From: Vitrella brassicaformis CCMP3155
Taxonomy: Eukaryota; Protista; Chromerida
Assembly: GCA_001179505.1 (NCBI GenBank)
Contig: CDMY01000007.1
Span: forward strand, 150,470 to 214,469
DNA: 64,000 nt
Reading direction: 5' to 3'
Shown: positions 1-11,799 of the stretch, piece by piece
Numbering within the stretch: the stretch's first letter is position 1
Layout of the letters: every line of letters starts with the position of its first letter
Position numbers and translations under genes: made by a program
Notes under the pieces: generated by a model
What the model saw: the letters and a program-made list of their open reading frames with translations, nothing else
Databases searched by the model: none
What the model was told of the DNA's origin: nothing

Positions 1-1564
1 AGTGCAGTTCTTGGGGCGACAAGGCCTTCAAGGAGTGCCAGAAGTACGGCAAGGCCAACAAAGGTGACTGACAACTGACACCGTACACCACAGAGAGCAT
101 CGCCTCTTTTTCGCTTTGTTGGGTTTCTTTCTGGCCGCCAGTGTGCGACACCAAGTCGTCCAACTACACCTTCATCCCTCCAGTGTCAGAGTGGAAAGTC
201 AACCCAGGTACGCAAGACACCACACCCACAATGGGGCCATTGGATAAGACGCTCATCTTCGCACTGCCCCTTTTGTTTTGCTCGCAGAGGCCTCGTACCT
301 GCATTACTGCGCCAATGAGACGGTCAGGATGGCGGCGCAGCAGAAATGGAATGGCGGATCTGAAGTATGTTTAGTGCATCTGTCTGTGTGTGTGTGCAGA
401 TCTACGGCGTGGAGTTCAAGTCGACTCCCGACGTCGGTCTGCCCCTCGGTCAGCAACCAACGCTGCGTTGCATTGTGCGTCTAGACCTGCGATGGTCTGT
501 CTGTTCAGTGTCTGATATGTCATCGAATTTCTGCTCCAAGCCCATCGAAGTCAGCAAACACACACTCATCTATGGTGAGTGAGCACCGACCGATGAGCAG
601 CTTTCCTTTCATGAACTGGATGGTTCCGTGTGTCATCCATCAGCCGGCATCCAGAAGAACCTGGGCCCTGCTGGCGCTGCAGTCGTCATCGCCGACAAAG
701 CATGCCTTGGTGAGTGAGTGAGTGAGTGACGCACTCTTGCGCACACAATGTGGCTCGTGTCGGTCGGTTGTCCAGGCAACGCCAAGTCCATCTGCCCGAC
801 TCTGTTGGACTACAAGACGATGTCTGACAGCGAGTCGATGTACAACACGCCGCCCTGCTGGTCCATCTACGTCGTCGGTGAGCTGAGATGAACGGCAGGT
901 GCACTGCACTCCATCCCCTGCTGCTGGTGTGGCATGTGTGCCAGGTCTGATGGCGAAGTATCTGAAGGAGAAGGGCGGGCTGGCATTCTGGAAGGAATGG
1001 AGCGAGAAGAAGGCCAAGATCCTCTATGACGCCATCGACGGCTCAGATGGTACGCCACGCCCACACAATCACTGCTGGTCGTATGTGCTGCTCACTCACC
1101 CATGCTGGTGTTATGCAGGTTACTTCATCTGCCCCACTGCCAAGGACTGCCGCTCAAACATGAACATCCCATTCAGGGTAAGCTACACACATGTCCACCA
1201 AAGGTGTGTCCATTTGCTTTCGGCTCCGTCAGGTTGGTCGCGGCGACGAGGCCCTGGAGAAGAAGTTCCTCGAAGAGGGAAAGAAGCACAAACTCGTCAC
1301 ACTCGTAAGACACGACGAGCAGACAACGCACGCGCATTGCGAGGAAGAGACTGCCCATGAGTGTGGTATGCGTGCAGTCGGGGCACCGCACGGTGGGTGG
1401 CTGTCGAGCCTCGCTCTACAACGGCATGCCCATCGAGGGAGTGGAGACGCTCGTCTCGTTCATGAGGGTAAGTGAGAGAGCCACGTCACCCGACGTGGTG
1501 ATGGAAGCATAACTGGGCACGTCTTTGGCGTCTGCAGGAGTTCCAAGAGGCCAACCCGGAATGA
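1..1564 (+). CDS. PSAT1: Phosphoserine aminotransferase (class V PLP enzyme), multi-exon, 5' end upstream of window
   Basis: Manually spliced GT-AG exons give [54 protein letters not shown] (PLP lysine), [38 protein letters not shown], ending EFQEANPE* (TGA 1562-1564). All are SerC/PSAT hallmarks. Confidence 0.95.
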
Positions 1565-2334
1565 GAGAGACTGCGTAGCTGACTCGTGTCTCTTCGTAGT
1601 TGATCGTGTTGATTTGTAGCTGTCGTAGGCCACAAAGTGCTGCTGCATGTGTGTGTGTGGTGCACTCTTTTTGACGTGCCGATTTTGTGCACAAGGTGAT
1701 GCAGCTAGCTGCCTATCGCTCCCTACTCGGGTGGGGTGGTGCGAGCAGCCTCTCGTGGGGCTCAGCTCCAGGCGTGTGCATGCACATTTTTGCCAGGTTC
1801 CTCCCTAGACGAGCCACAGTGTCTTTTGACATACATGCGTGTCCACAGTTGGTTGACTTCCCTTTGTCTGCATGCCGACTTCGCCATTAACGTCTCTAGG
1901 AGATGGATACATGAATGAATCGAATACACGTACGCATCGATGGCGCGTAGAGCCGCTTAGGCCCCCCCTCCCTCCCACCAATAAGATAAAGTACCCCACC
2001 CCACACAGTGGATAAACATACTCACCGAGGGGAAGCATGATTCAGTAGATAGATACGCGCTGAATAAGGCAGATAGATAGCCAAGCTAGAGAAGAAAGCG
2101 CCTATTCCTTTTCTGTTGCCGCTTTGGGGTCGCCGTCCGCCACTTCGGCTGGTCTCGTTGGCACCAATTTCTCCTCGATGACGGTCTTTAGCTGATTGAG
2201 TTCCTCTTCCAGTCTCTGCATGACCCACCCAAAGAGGGGAAGGGAAGGGGGTTTGGGAGCCTGCAGGCTGTCGACCCTTGGGGCTCACCTTTCGCTTCTG
2301 TCTCTCTTCTTCCAACTCCTGGCGCAAGGCAGCC

Positions 2335-5300
2335 ATGGACGACTGTCTGCAGTGCAGAAAGGGTGAAGTAAGTTGTGCACCGACAGCAGTGCCAAGGCTG
2401 CCCCTCACCTTCTAGACGAGACGTTGCTGCTCTGCTCCCCAGAAGTCACTGATGAGGCCGTCCGGGCGTGCCGGTTGACGCTCGAGGGCGTCTTCGGCTT
2501 GTCCTCTTGGGGGACAGAGAAACTCGTGACTTCGAAGGGATTCAACGTGCTGCCGCGAAAGCCCATAAAGCTGCTCCCCTCACTGAAACGGCAGAGCAAC
2601 ATCAGAGGCAGAACAGGCAGTGGTCTGTGATGTGTCGCGGTCGCCTACTTTCTTCCCACAGGATGGCTCAGCCGATGCAACAGTGCGGTCTCCTCTCGCA
2701 TGATTCTTCGTCGCCACTGCTGAGCAAGCTGTGTGGGGTCCCAAGTCATCGCGAGGAACTCTATGCTCCAACTTAGTAGTAACTTGAAGGCCGGAGCGCG
2801 CTTGAGCCCCCCAAGTCGCCCCCAGTCTCTTTTTGGGGGAAGCGACATGTCCGACGAGAGGAAACACACACACCAGCAGCCGCCCGACCTGGATCTCCTT
2901 TATCAACTGCTGACAGAGAAATATACCGCAAGCACCGTCGACAGGTACGAGGACACTTGGGCTGTTGGGTGCGTTACTTGACTCGAGGTCTCTTACGCTG
3001 CAGGCATGTAGAATCTGTGACGCGGTACGCCGTCTACCTCGAAACAAGAGGAGGTAAGGAACGAATGGCAACCATGACTTCGGGCCCATGTGTGCGGTTT
3101 GGTTGGGTGGCACTGCAGGTCTGCCGCTGAGTCATCTTACAGCCGCCGTGCGCCTACTGGAGGTTGTTATATCGCGATACTTGGGCGGGCAGGCCTGCTG
3201 GCTGCCGGTGCTGCTGCGGATCATCGCGGTGTCAGGCAGGGCCCTCCTGTTGGAAAAAGCATCAGGTGCGAACATTCACACACAATCGATTGATTCCCCA
3301 AACCCCTGTGGCACTATGGACGCCATTTTGTCTCAGATCCGCTGACTCATGGGTACACGAGCAGAGCCAATGAAGACATACGCTCTGATGCTTTGACGAT
3401 GTATGGCTTCACAGCGCCGCTGTTCCGTCTTATTTGACGACGGTCGCCCTCCCGTTGGAACTGTAAGGACAGAGGACGCACGTGCAGATGTGCATTCGTA
3501 CAGCGCGCGTCTCCTTATGCCTTGCAGGGGCACCGCGAAGAGCGGTATTGAAAGGCGACCTCTTGACGAGGAGGCCTACCATGCGATTTGGCGGCTATAT
3601 GCCTCGCTGGCGCTGTCTCCTGGTGGCGAGACACCTGACGGAAAGAAGGCGCTGAAGCGTGCCCAGGCCTTCCAAGCGTTCGAAAAGACAGATGTCATCC
3701 AATGGGTGGGCAAGCGGCGATCGAAAGTGGGTGAGAGGAAGGCCGATGGCTCTTTGCGTGTTCGTGCCAGGCGTCTCGTGAGCTCGATCGGCAGGCCCCC
3801 CGATGTGTCTTGACGGAGGTGCTGGAAGTGTTGCGGGCGCTGTCCACCAGCAAGTAAGACCTGATAGGGCCACTGAGTCCTGCATATACACTGTGTGCGC
3901 CTCTCTTGCAGGGTTTTCTGTCAGCGGATGACCGAAGGGGTGCGGGTTTTGCTTCATTTTGGCTGACACCTTGCCATCTTCTGTCCCTCTGGCTGCAGGA
4001 CGTCCTTCAGAAGCTTCTTGTCCTGATCCGGGATATGTGTGAGGCCGGGTCTACGGAGGGAGTGGCTCAGATCGCGCTCGAGGCAACATGGAATGTGATT
4101 GTTTTGGAGGAGCAAGCAGCCAGCAAGGTCAGCCCGCACGTGTGTCCCGCTTGTGAGAGTAAACTCGCGTCTCTGTGCGTTAATCTTGTAGGTGCTGAGT
4201 GAGAGTGCGTCCCTCCATTCCATTAAGGGCATCTTGCACCGGCTAAGAGAGCTCAAGGGCAGTCCGGCAAAGGTGTTCAGGAATGAAATCCTACTCATCG
4301 CGCTGCTTGTCGCCAAGATGAGGGCAGACAAGGTGGCGCAGTCCTCACTGGTCTCTCTGCTGCTGAATATGCTTGTTGACGGGTGAGCAAGAGAACGAAG
4401 TGGCTCTGTCTCGCGTGTGTATCCTGTGTCTCTCTTATCAGTCTGCCCTTTGAAGCCAGTGAAGAGGAGTTGAAGAAGGAAACTCATGGTCAGTCGAATA
4501 TACATGTCTGTCCGCACTTTGTCTGTCAGTACCCCGTGCTTTCCTTCTGCAGATTTGATATGGCTGATTGTCATCGAGTGTTCGGGTGAGGGGTACGATT
4601 GCACACCCCTTCATGCATCATGCCATGTCGTCGCTTTCCATTTGTGCAGGTGCGTGTGCCCACTTTCCGTCCACCCGACAGCATCTGACGGAGGCCCTGT
4701 CATCTCTCATCGCCAAAGGCACTGCGCCGGGGGCTGCGTGGGCATGTCTCAGCGGCCTGCTCTCCTCCAATTGCGAGTTGCAAGCATCCATGAAGTCGCT
4801 CGTGGGTGAGGCGCTGAAGCAGCTCGCCAGCGGACACACAGACATTGAAAGAGTGCTCACGTTCCTCTCTGCGGTGAGCACACCTGACCTGATTGTGCGT
4901 ATGTTAAGAACAAATGCGTGTTTGCAGGTCGGCAAAGCGCGCCCGGAGGATCTTACGAGCAGAGGTAGAACACACATATGAAAGAGGGGCGTGGGAGTGC
5001 CACTCGCCCCTGTCGGTGTAGTCAGACTCTGAGATCCTCGACACGTTGACGACTACACTGGCTACATGCACTGGTACTCACCCATCAACTTGCGAGTGAT
5101 TACCGTTTTTGGGTATTCTTTGTGCCAGGGGAGTTGGATGAGAGGGATATGCGCTGCTCCACGATTGCGCTCTTTGTCGTGTCGTGTGTGTGCTCCGACA
5201 ACACGGCCATGAAGAACCACTTCAGGCATTTAGGCGGGCTGCAAATCATCTCAGCGATGCTCAAGTAAGGAAGTCCCGTGGTGTGTGTACGCCTGCATGT

Positions 5301-6512
5301 CTGTGTCTCCCAGGTCATTGATACTGCGAGGCCTGTCGAAAGGCGGGCAGCTCAAGCGCACAGAGGAACTGTTCCTGCTCAGGTATTCTTTATATCCCTG
5401 GGCCTCACACAGAGGCATGTCTTCTCTCCTGTCTCTCTCGCCAGCGTCCTCGAGTGTGTCAGAAAAGTGGTGGTCGGCCACAAGTAAGGCCAACCGGAAC
5501 GGCACTGCGCACATTGATATGGGTCGCCTGTACGGTGATGCAGGCGGAATGAGGAGCGTTTCGTGACGGACGGTGTCGTGTATATCCTCCTGGACATGCT
5601 AGAGGTGAACTGACGTCTCCATTTTCCATTGTTCGCTGTTGAATCGATTGCCGCCTCTCTGAGCAGTCGTCTCTGAACAACCAGTCGGCCGTATGCGACA
5701 TGCTATTGCGGACCCTGGCGGACGTAATCGCTACCAAGTATGTGTATTTTCGCACACAAATACGCGTCTCATAAAAATGCCACGCTTCACTTGTCTTTTT
5801 GATGTGTCAGTGAGGACTGCGCTCTTCAGTTTGTTCAGTGGAACTCAGCCACTATCCACTCGCCGCGTGGGGCCGTGCAGATGCTGCTCGAGACCGTGCG
5901 CAAGATGGGCGAAAGGCCTGCAGTCGAAAGCCCCCTTATGGCCAATGTTTACGCTGTCTGCGGTAAGCGCAGAGTGTTTGGACACAAAGCGCATCAACAA
6001 TTGTTTCCTTTACTTTTGGCAGAGACGCTCACGAGCGGGTTCGAGTCCTTTGACAAGGTTGTGGAATTGGAGGGCGACAAAGACATGAACATGGTCAAAT
6101 CGTACACCGACCAATGGTAATCCACCCAATGGTCTCTTTGCTCTTCCTTGTGTTGGAAGCTCTCGACGTGGCTGTTTTGTTGGTAGGAGCGTTGACGCGT
6201 GGACGGATGTTGAGAGGTTGTGTGACCCATTTATGACCTCCATGGACAGGCAGTGGCTGACAGAACAAAGAGGGGCGCTGCAAATGAGGGTGCATGCTTG
6301 ATCGACTCGGCATAAAAATATGTATGCGGCACAAGATGTGTAAGTGTACGTATAAATCATGGAATGCAGGTTTCGGAGAGAACACACTTTCAAGGCGACA
6401 GGCAACAAAACAGAAGACAAAACTCTGCCTGGAGGAGCACAAAAAACAAGGTCTTCTGCGAATGTCCTATTGTCCAGTGTCTCAGAAAAAGAGAGATGTC
6501 ATGGTTGGCTGA
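2335..6512 (+). CDS. CFAP69: CFAP69/FAP69-like armadillo-type flagellar protein, many exons; 3' end uncertain (last confident exon 6187-about 6290)
   Basis: Exon peptides resemble CFAP69 blocks as I recall them: PDLDLLYQLLTEKYTASTVDRY; WLPVLLRIIAVSGRALLLEKAS; IALEATWNVIVLE..SLHSIKGILHRL..FRNEILLIALLVA; DMNMVKSYTDQW/SVDAWTDVERL (spliced 6117 to 6187). ATG at 2335. Recognition by memory, no search run. Confidence 0.7.
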
Positions 6513-6597
6513 CGTAGGCACCTCACCACATCTCTCGCACCTACTCTACGGTACAGCCTGTTCCCCACCCTGGTGTATCAGACAGCACAATAGTGAC

Positions 6598-9500
6598 TCA
6601 TTGTCCTCCGGGTTGAAACGTCACTGTCGCCAATCCCATATAGCTAGAAGATAGAAGACCACTCGGGTCTTGTCCTATGCCGTCCATGCCAATGCCGTTC
6701 GACGCGAGACAGGGATTTCTCCTTCGCATCTGCGAGACACGGATTTGCAATAAGGAAGCTGACACTTTTCTTCCACTTTGTTGTCTTTCGCCTGTTCTCG
6801 GTACCGCTTCAAGGAACTGCAAAGAGAGGAGACACGAAAGGGGGAGCTGTTCGAGTGGAACCCCTCGTCTCAAAACATGCGACCGATCTTTACCTTTTGC
6901 GGGTGCGCTGGATCATTCAGTTTCCAGTCGTTCGCCGGCGAGCAGACAGGAGTCTGTGAGAGTCGAAGTCTGAAGTCATCTCTGACGGCAATATCGGCAA
7001 TGCCTGGATCACAATGACACCGAAGCGACTCTTGCTTTCCAATTCTTTGATGCCCATTTATTCGGCTTCTCTTTCAATTACTGTATGGTATCGATTTCAA
7101 TGCGTTCCCCCTCAGGTCAAGCTCACGCAAGTGAGTCATTCTTCCCACACAGTCTGGAATCTTCTCTATCTTGTTGGCAGCTGAAGGACATTTGATTGCC
7201 ATGAGCCAGCCACTCAGCCATATGTGCCGTATCTGTTACCTGCATACGTGAAGGTAAGCTGAGTGTCACACCATTCGGGCGGCAGCTCGGTCACTCCAGT
7301 CCTATGCCAGATGATTGCCTTTAAGAACAATTGCTTATGCACGTCAGGATTGATGCGCGTAACCTGATGAGCACAGGAAAGGATCGGTGAGATCGCCAAG
7401 CCAGTAGATCTGACAGCCTGGGCTCACATTCATGTTGAGTGGCCCATCCAGAGCGAAGTCAATGCCGATCCCCTGTCCAGGCACAAACATGGCACTGCTT
7501 TTGTATTCTCATTTGGCCTTTCGCCCTCCTGGTCACCTCTAGCGTAGAAAACGATGAAATTGACTCATCGAGCAGCTCACCCTCGTCGAACCTCCTCGTC
7601 AACACATATCTGCAAAACAGCAAGGAGAACAGCTTTGTTTGTGCGTCAGACAGGCAGGCCGCAAAAGACAAAGACCGACTGACCTGCAATTACATGGATG
7701 CCAGTCTGGCTCCAGCCCACACGGACAGCACACAGGCGGTGTAAGAGACACGGTCAGAGAGGGACGAGGATGGGTCGGTACCTGTCCGGAACGTGTTGCC
7801 AAATGAGGGAAAAGTACGCCAGCCGCAGAGATGCCAGCCTCGAATTTCAGCACACACCCATGATGCTCTGGTGCGTTGACAAATGGAGAAGATCCAGACG
7901 CTCCAACAAAGAATACACCATATCTACGTGTAGGCAAACGTAGACAGACATGCTGTCAGTAACGTCATGTCTTGCTCACGATTGACAAGCGGAAAGCCAG
8001 GCTGCGGTCATATGCTATCCAGTCCCTGTGCGTGAAGCGGCGCGCAGCCACGCTCAATATGCTGGATGTGCGCACACTCGCGCTCGTAATGAGAGCTGAC
8101 GGACAACAAAGGGAAGGTGAGGTACACGAGGAGGTGAATCACTTTCCTAGCCAAAGATACCTTGGATAGACCAGACTGGAGTCCCTTTAGTCTCCTCCTC
8201 TCCATCCGTCATTGTACTCAGCGCGCGAGGTGGGCGAAAGAAGGTACTCAAGATGCTCATTCGTTGTCGAGATGGGAGAGGGCCAATCCTCACGCCTTTC
8301 GTTGTCGATCTCTGAGGGGGAAGCGGGATCTCCCCACTCGCTGACCGAATAATGAACGAATCTATCAGTCTGTGCATGGGTGCGCTCCTGATTACCTATC
8401 GCTGGTATAGCTGGGGGAGTCAGTCGGCGTCTCATAGGGCTGGCATCTGGTGTCTCTGCTGTCTCTGGTGTAGTCGTGTCTTCGCCAGATGCGTCTTTCT
8501 CAGTTGTGTTCTTATCGTCCGCAGATGGCGGATTCTGTGACACTCTCCTCGATTGCATGGACCTGATCCTCCTCACGCCATCAATGGGGGCTGTGGTAGT
8601 TGCTGATTCTGGCGACTCCGCATCTGGCGACTCTGCATCGGAGTCGATCACCTCGTTGATTTCATGATCGATGCCGGTAATGATTGACAGTTGCGACACC
8701 AGACGCTCCGGGACGATCTGAAGATCGGGATTCAATGCACAACAACCATGATCATGGATTGCTTATGGCCTGCAGCTGTTGGTTGCATACCTTATTTCGC
8801 ACATTCGCCAGGCCCGCGAGTAAGGAGCTCCTCCGCCTGCCTGCTTGGACGATTGATTGGCGCGTGCGGGGCGTGCGGGCCTCGGTATTCGATTCTCTCC
8901 TCCCTGCATTCGATTCTCGTTTCCCAAACGTGAATGTCCTGCGACTTGGCGATGACGAATGCCGCCCTGTCAATGGCGACAGGTCTTGTTGGTCGATGAC
9001 GGGTGAGGTGAAATCCTGTGTCGCAGCAACTCGGGTCGAAAACGACAAGCGTCGAGCGGTATTCTTGGCAGGCGAGACATCAGTGTTTTCATGCGGCTCT
9101 TTCACGGCACTCTCGAGCTCAACCTCCGGCGACGCGCCATCGAAAAGCTCGTCTTCTCTGATGATGCGCACATCTGCCTCTGCCTCGCTGCGATGACTCG
9201 GCGAGCTCGACAAAGAGACATCATAAAGCCTCTCCATGACGACCGGAGCGAAGCTGGTCCTCCGTGGGGGAGGTTTGGATCCTGACGGCGTTCTTGATGA
9301 GCGCTCCTTGTGTGTTGGGCTCTCTGTCTCCTCGTCTTCTGGCGAGTGAGCCTCCTCTTCTGGCTCCGAACCGTTTTGTTGCTCCGGCTCCTCTATGTCT
9401 TCGAAGGCCTCTTCCGTCCGATGGTAATGGAATCGCTTTGCCGATTGCACCCTCCGCATGTACTCCGCTTTCTTGCGGTAGTCGTAGTAGCCCTGAAGGA

Positions 9501-11501
9501 GACGGACTGTCCTATGCAATGTGTGCATCGGAAGCTCTGTCATGCCTTCCCCGTTTACTCACCTTGAGGATCAGAAGGGCATCCAATGTCCGTAGACCCC
9601 AGAGAGCAGTAAGCAGAGGCATGACGGAGGTCTGGCCACATAGTTCGGAGAGAACAAATACAAAAAGAGGCGGGCTGCATTGTGGATTGACTTATTGAAG
9701 GCTTACGAGGAAGATGAGGACTGAATTCGACTTGAGGCCGACGAATGCTGAGAGCCTGAAGTTGCCTTCGGTGTAGGTATTCATCGCGTGTAGCGCATAG
9801 GTAATGCTGGTGATGACGCTCATGATGATGGCCATGCCTCGTTTGTTTAGCCAGACAAAGATGACGATCAGCAAAGCGTGAACAGCCATGATTGTGCCGA
9901 GCGACAAATATATCCAGGCTTGCAACGCTGGCGCCTGCAGAAGCACAAGAAGGATGCTTTGCCTGTGCACCTCTTCCTCTGCGTACCTCTGACGCTGTCG
10001 TGAGGTCCCAGCCGCTGTAGAGCACAAACCTGCGTATTGCCGCGCACAGTACCTCGATGTATCCATCTGTCGCTGTAGCGGACTGACCTGTAGTGCTGGG
10101 CTGTCAGCGTGATCGTCTCAACCGTCAGAAAGGAAAGCCAGAACAAGCGACCAGCTGTCCCAAATGAGCGTTGCACTTTCAGATAGGAAGCGACGCAGAA
10201 GCGCTTGAAGGAGTCGAATGCCGATTTTAGTGTTGCGATTGAGAAAAACAACGGGGCCTTATTGTGGGTGGCTGACGTGTGAGACGAGATCGATTTGGCG
10301 ATCTGTCTCCTTCTAAACTGCTTAGCGAGACGCCTCCTGTGCTGCGGTGTCACCAGTGAGAAGAGACGAAGAAGACATGCTGTATGGAGTGTGAATTACA
10401 CAAGCAAGCGGAGCCGGCTCAAATCACCTGATTCCACTTTTTGAAGTTCCTACACACACCACGTCAGAATAATAGGTGACAACTGGTCTTCACGTCCCTC
10501 AAATCTCTTCTCACCAGTGTTTCATGGTACGTCTCCAACCAAGCGTATGCTGCAAAACAAGCATACACAACAGCACACACTGACTTAATATGGGCCTTCT
10601 TGTCTCCTACAGAGCAAATGAGACAGATGCCTTGCAGCAGTACCACAAAGAACACACACAATTGCCACTTCATTCGTTGAGTCATCCCTGTGCGATCCTT
10701 TTGCTTACTCGCTAGAACAATCAGTCCCCAAATCAGAGTGAATGTTCCCCTTCGAGGGGATTTATTCTCGCGGCGATTGACAAGGCGAACCTCATCGTCG
10801 CTAACGCGGGAATTGGCCTCGAGAAATGCTTCAAAGGATGGGTACAACAGCCGACCTGCGACAGCAATGAGGAAGGAAGGAGAAGGATGCATCTCATTGG
10901 TGTCTTTCTATTGTTTCCCATAAAGCACCTTCTTCGTCTTGAAGAGTAGACTCCAAAGACACGAGATTCTCTCCATAGCCGTGGCACAACGCCAGCACGC
11001 CAATCATGGCAATGATCAGCCAGAGCATGACGTTAACGAGTGTGATCACGTCACCCATCTTCACCCGTGTCTCATACCTGCACAACACACAAACACCATC
11101 TCCTCCCTGGCGTCTCCTTGGCGGCCCTTGCTCTCACTCATCTGCCGGCGCTGCCAGCTCGCTGCCCCTCAGGTGGGTCAATATGAGGTCGTCCACCTTG
11201 TCAGACGTTGGGGCAGCCTGAAACAAAAAAATCAGTCAATAAAGCCAAAGCAAGTCACGATTGACATTGACGGAGGTTGATCCGACGTCGTTACCGCTAG
11301 TGTGGGCCGTCGGCTTGCGTGGACGGATGTTGCCTCGTCGGCAGCACAAGCGACGGCGGATGGGGAGCGCGAGCGGCTCGAAGCGTCACCATTCTCTTCC
11401 TGCTGTTTCTCCTCATCGTTTTCTGAGCTCTCGGCGACGGGCGTGAGGGGTGATGGGGTGATGTGCACTTCAGGAGAACCCTCCTCGATGACGTTCTCCA
11501 T
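6598..11501 (-). CDS. Multi-pass membrane protein with a long disordered loop and a C-terminal Cys-rich plus leucine-rich-repeat region
   Basis: Hydrophobic exons (VITLVNVMLWLIIAMIGVLALC; WQLCVFFVVLLQGICLIC; WIYLSLGTIMAVHALLIVIFVWL; MAIIMSVITSITYAL; LLTALWGLRTLDALLILK), S/E/R-rich loop exons 8187-9543, a late TM (IWCILCWSVWIFSIC), then spliced LRRs LKAIIWHRTGVTELPPEWCDTQLTFTYA/AANKIEKIPDCVGRMTHLRELDLRGNALKSIPY (about 7083-7360) and LRLSQTPVC. ATG 11501; the 3' end is approximate. Confidence 0.7.
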
Positions 11502-11799
11502 CGCTCACGATGACCTCTCAACCGAAATCCCCTGCGAAGGATTCCCAGGGGAGATCACAGCTCAGGAACCCTTCGTGGACGCGTGGGCGACAGGGGGCCA
11601 ACGCTGGCCGTATGCCAGGAAACATATCTGGGCAATATATATGGACGTTTGCTTCAATTGCAGCACTTTCAGAGAGGTAGTGAGCGTCGGGCATGCATGC
11701 AAACAGGCAACACACACTCCACATATCATGACACGTCTATCCGTCCGTCCGTCACATATACCCATTACCTAGTGAAAACGTCACATACACTCACTCACT

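Noticed and set aside
1-1564. serC as a bacterial contaminant or recent horizontal transfer
   Set aside because: It contains about 10 GT-AG introns in the host style.
7214-8170. Short ORFs that first looked like transposon remnants
   Set aside because: They splice into the TM/Cys-rich/LRR exons of the minus-strand membrane gene. No transposase or RT motifs, terminal repeats or target-site duplications were seen.
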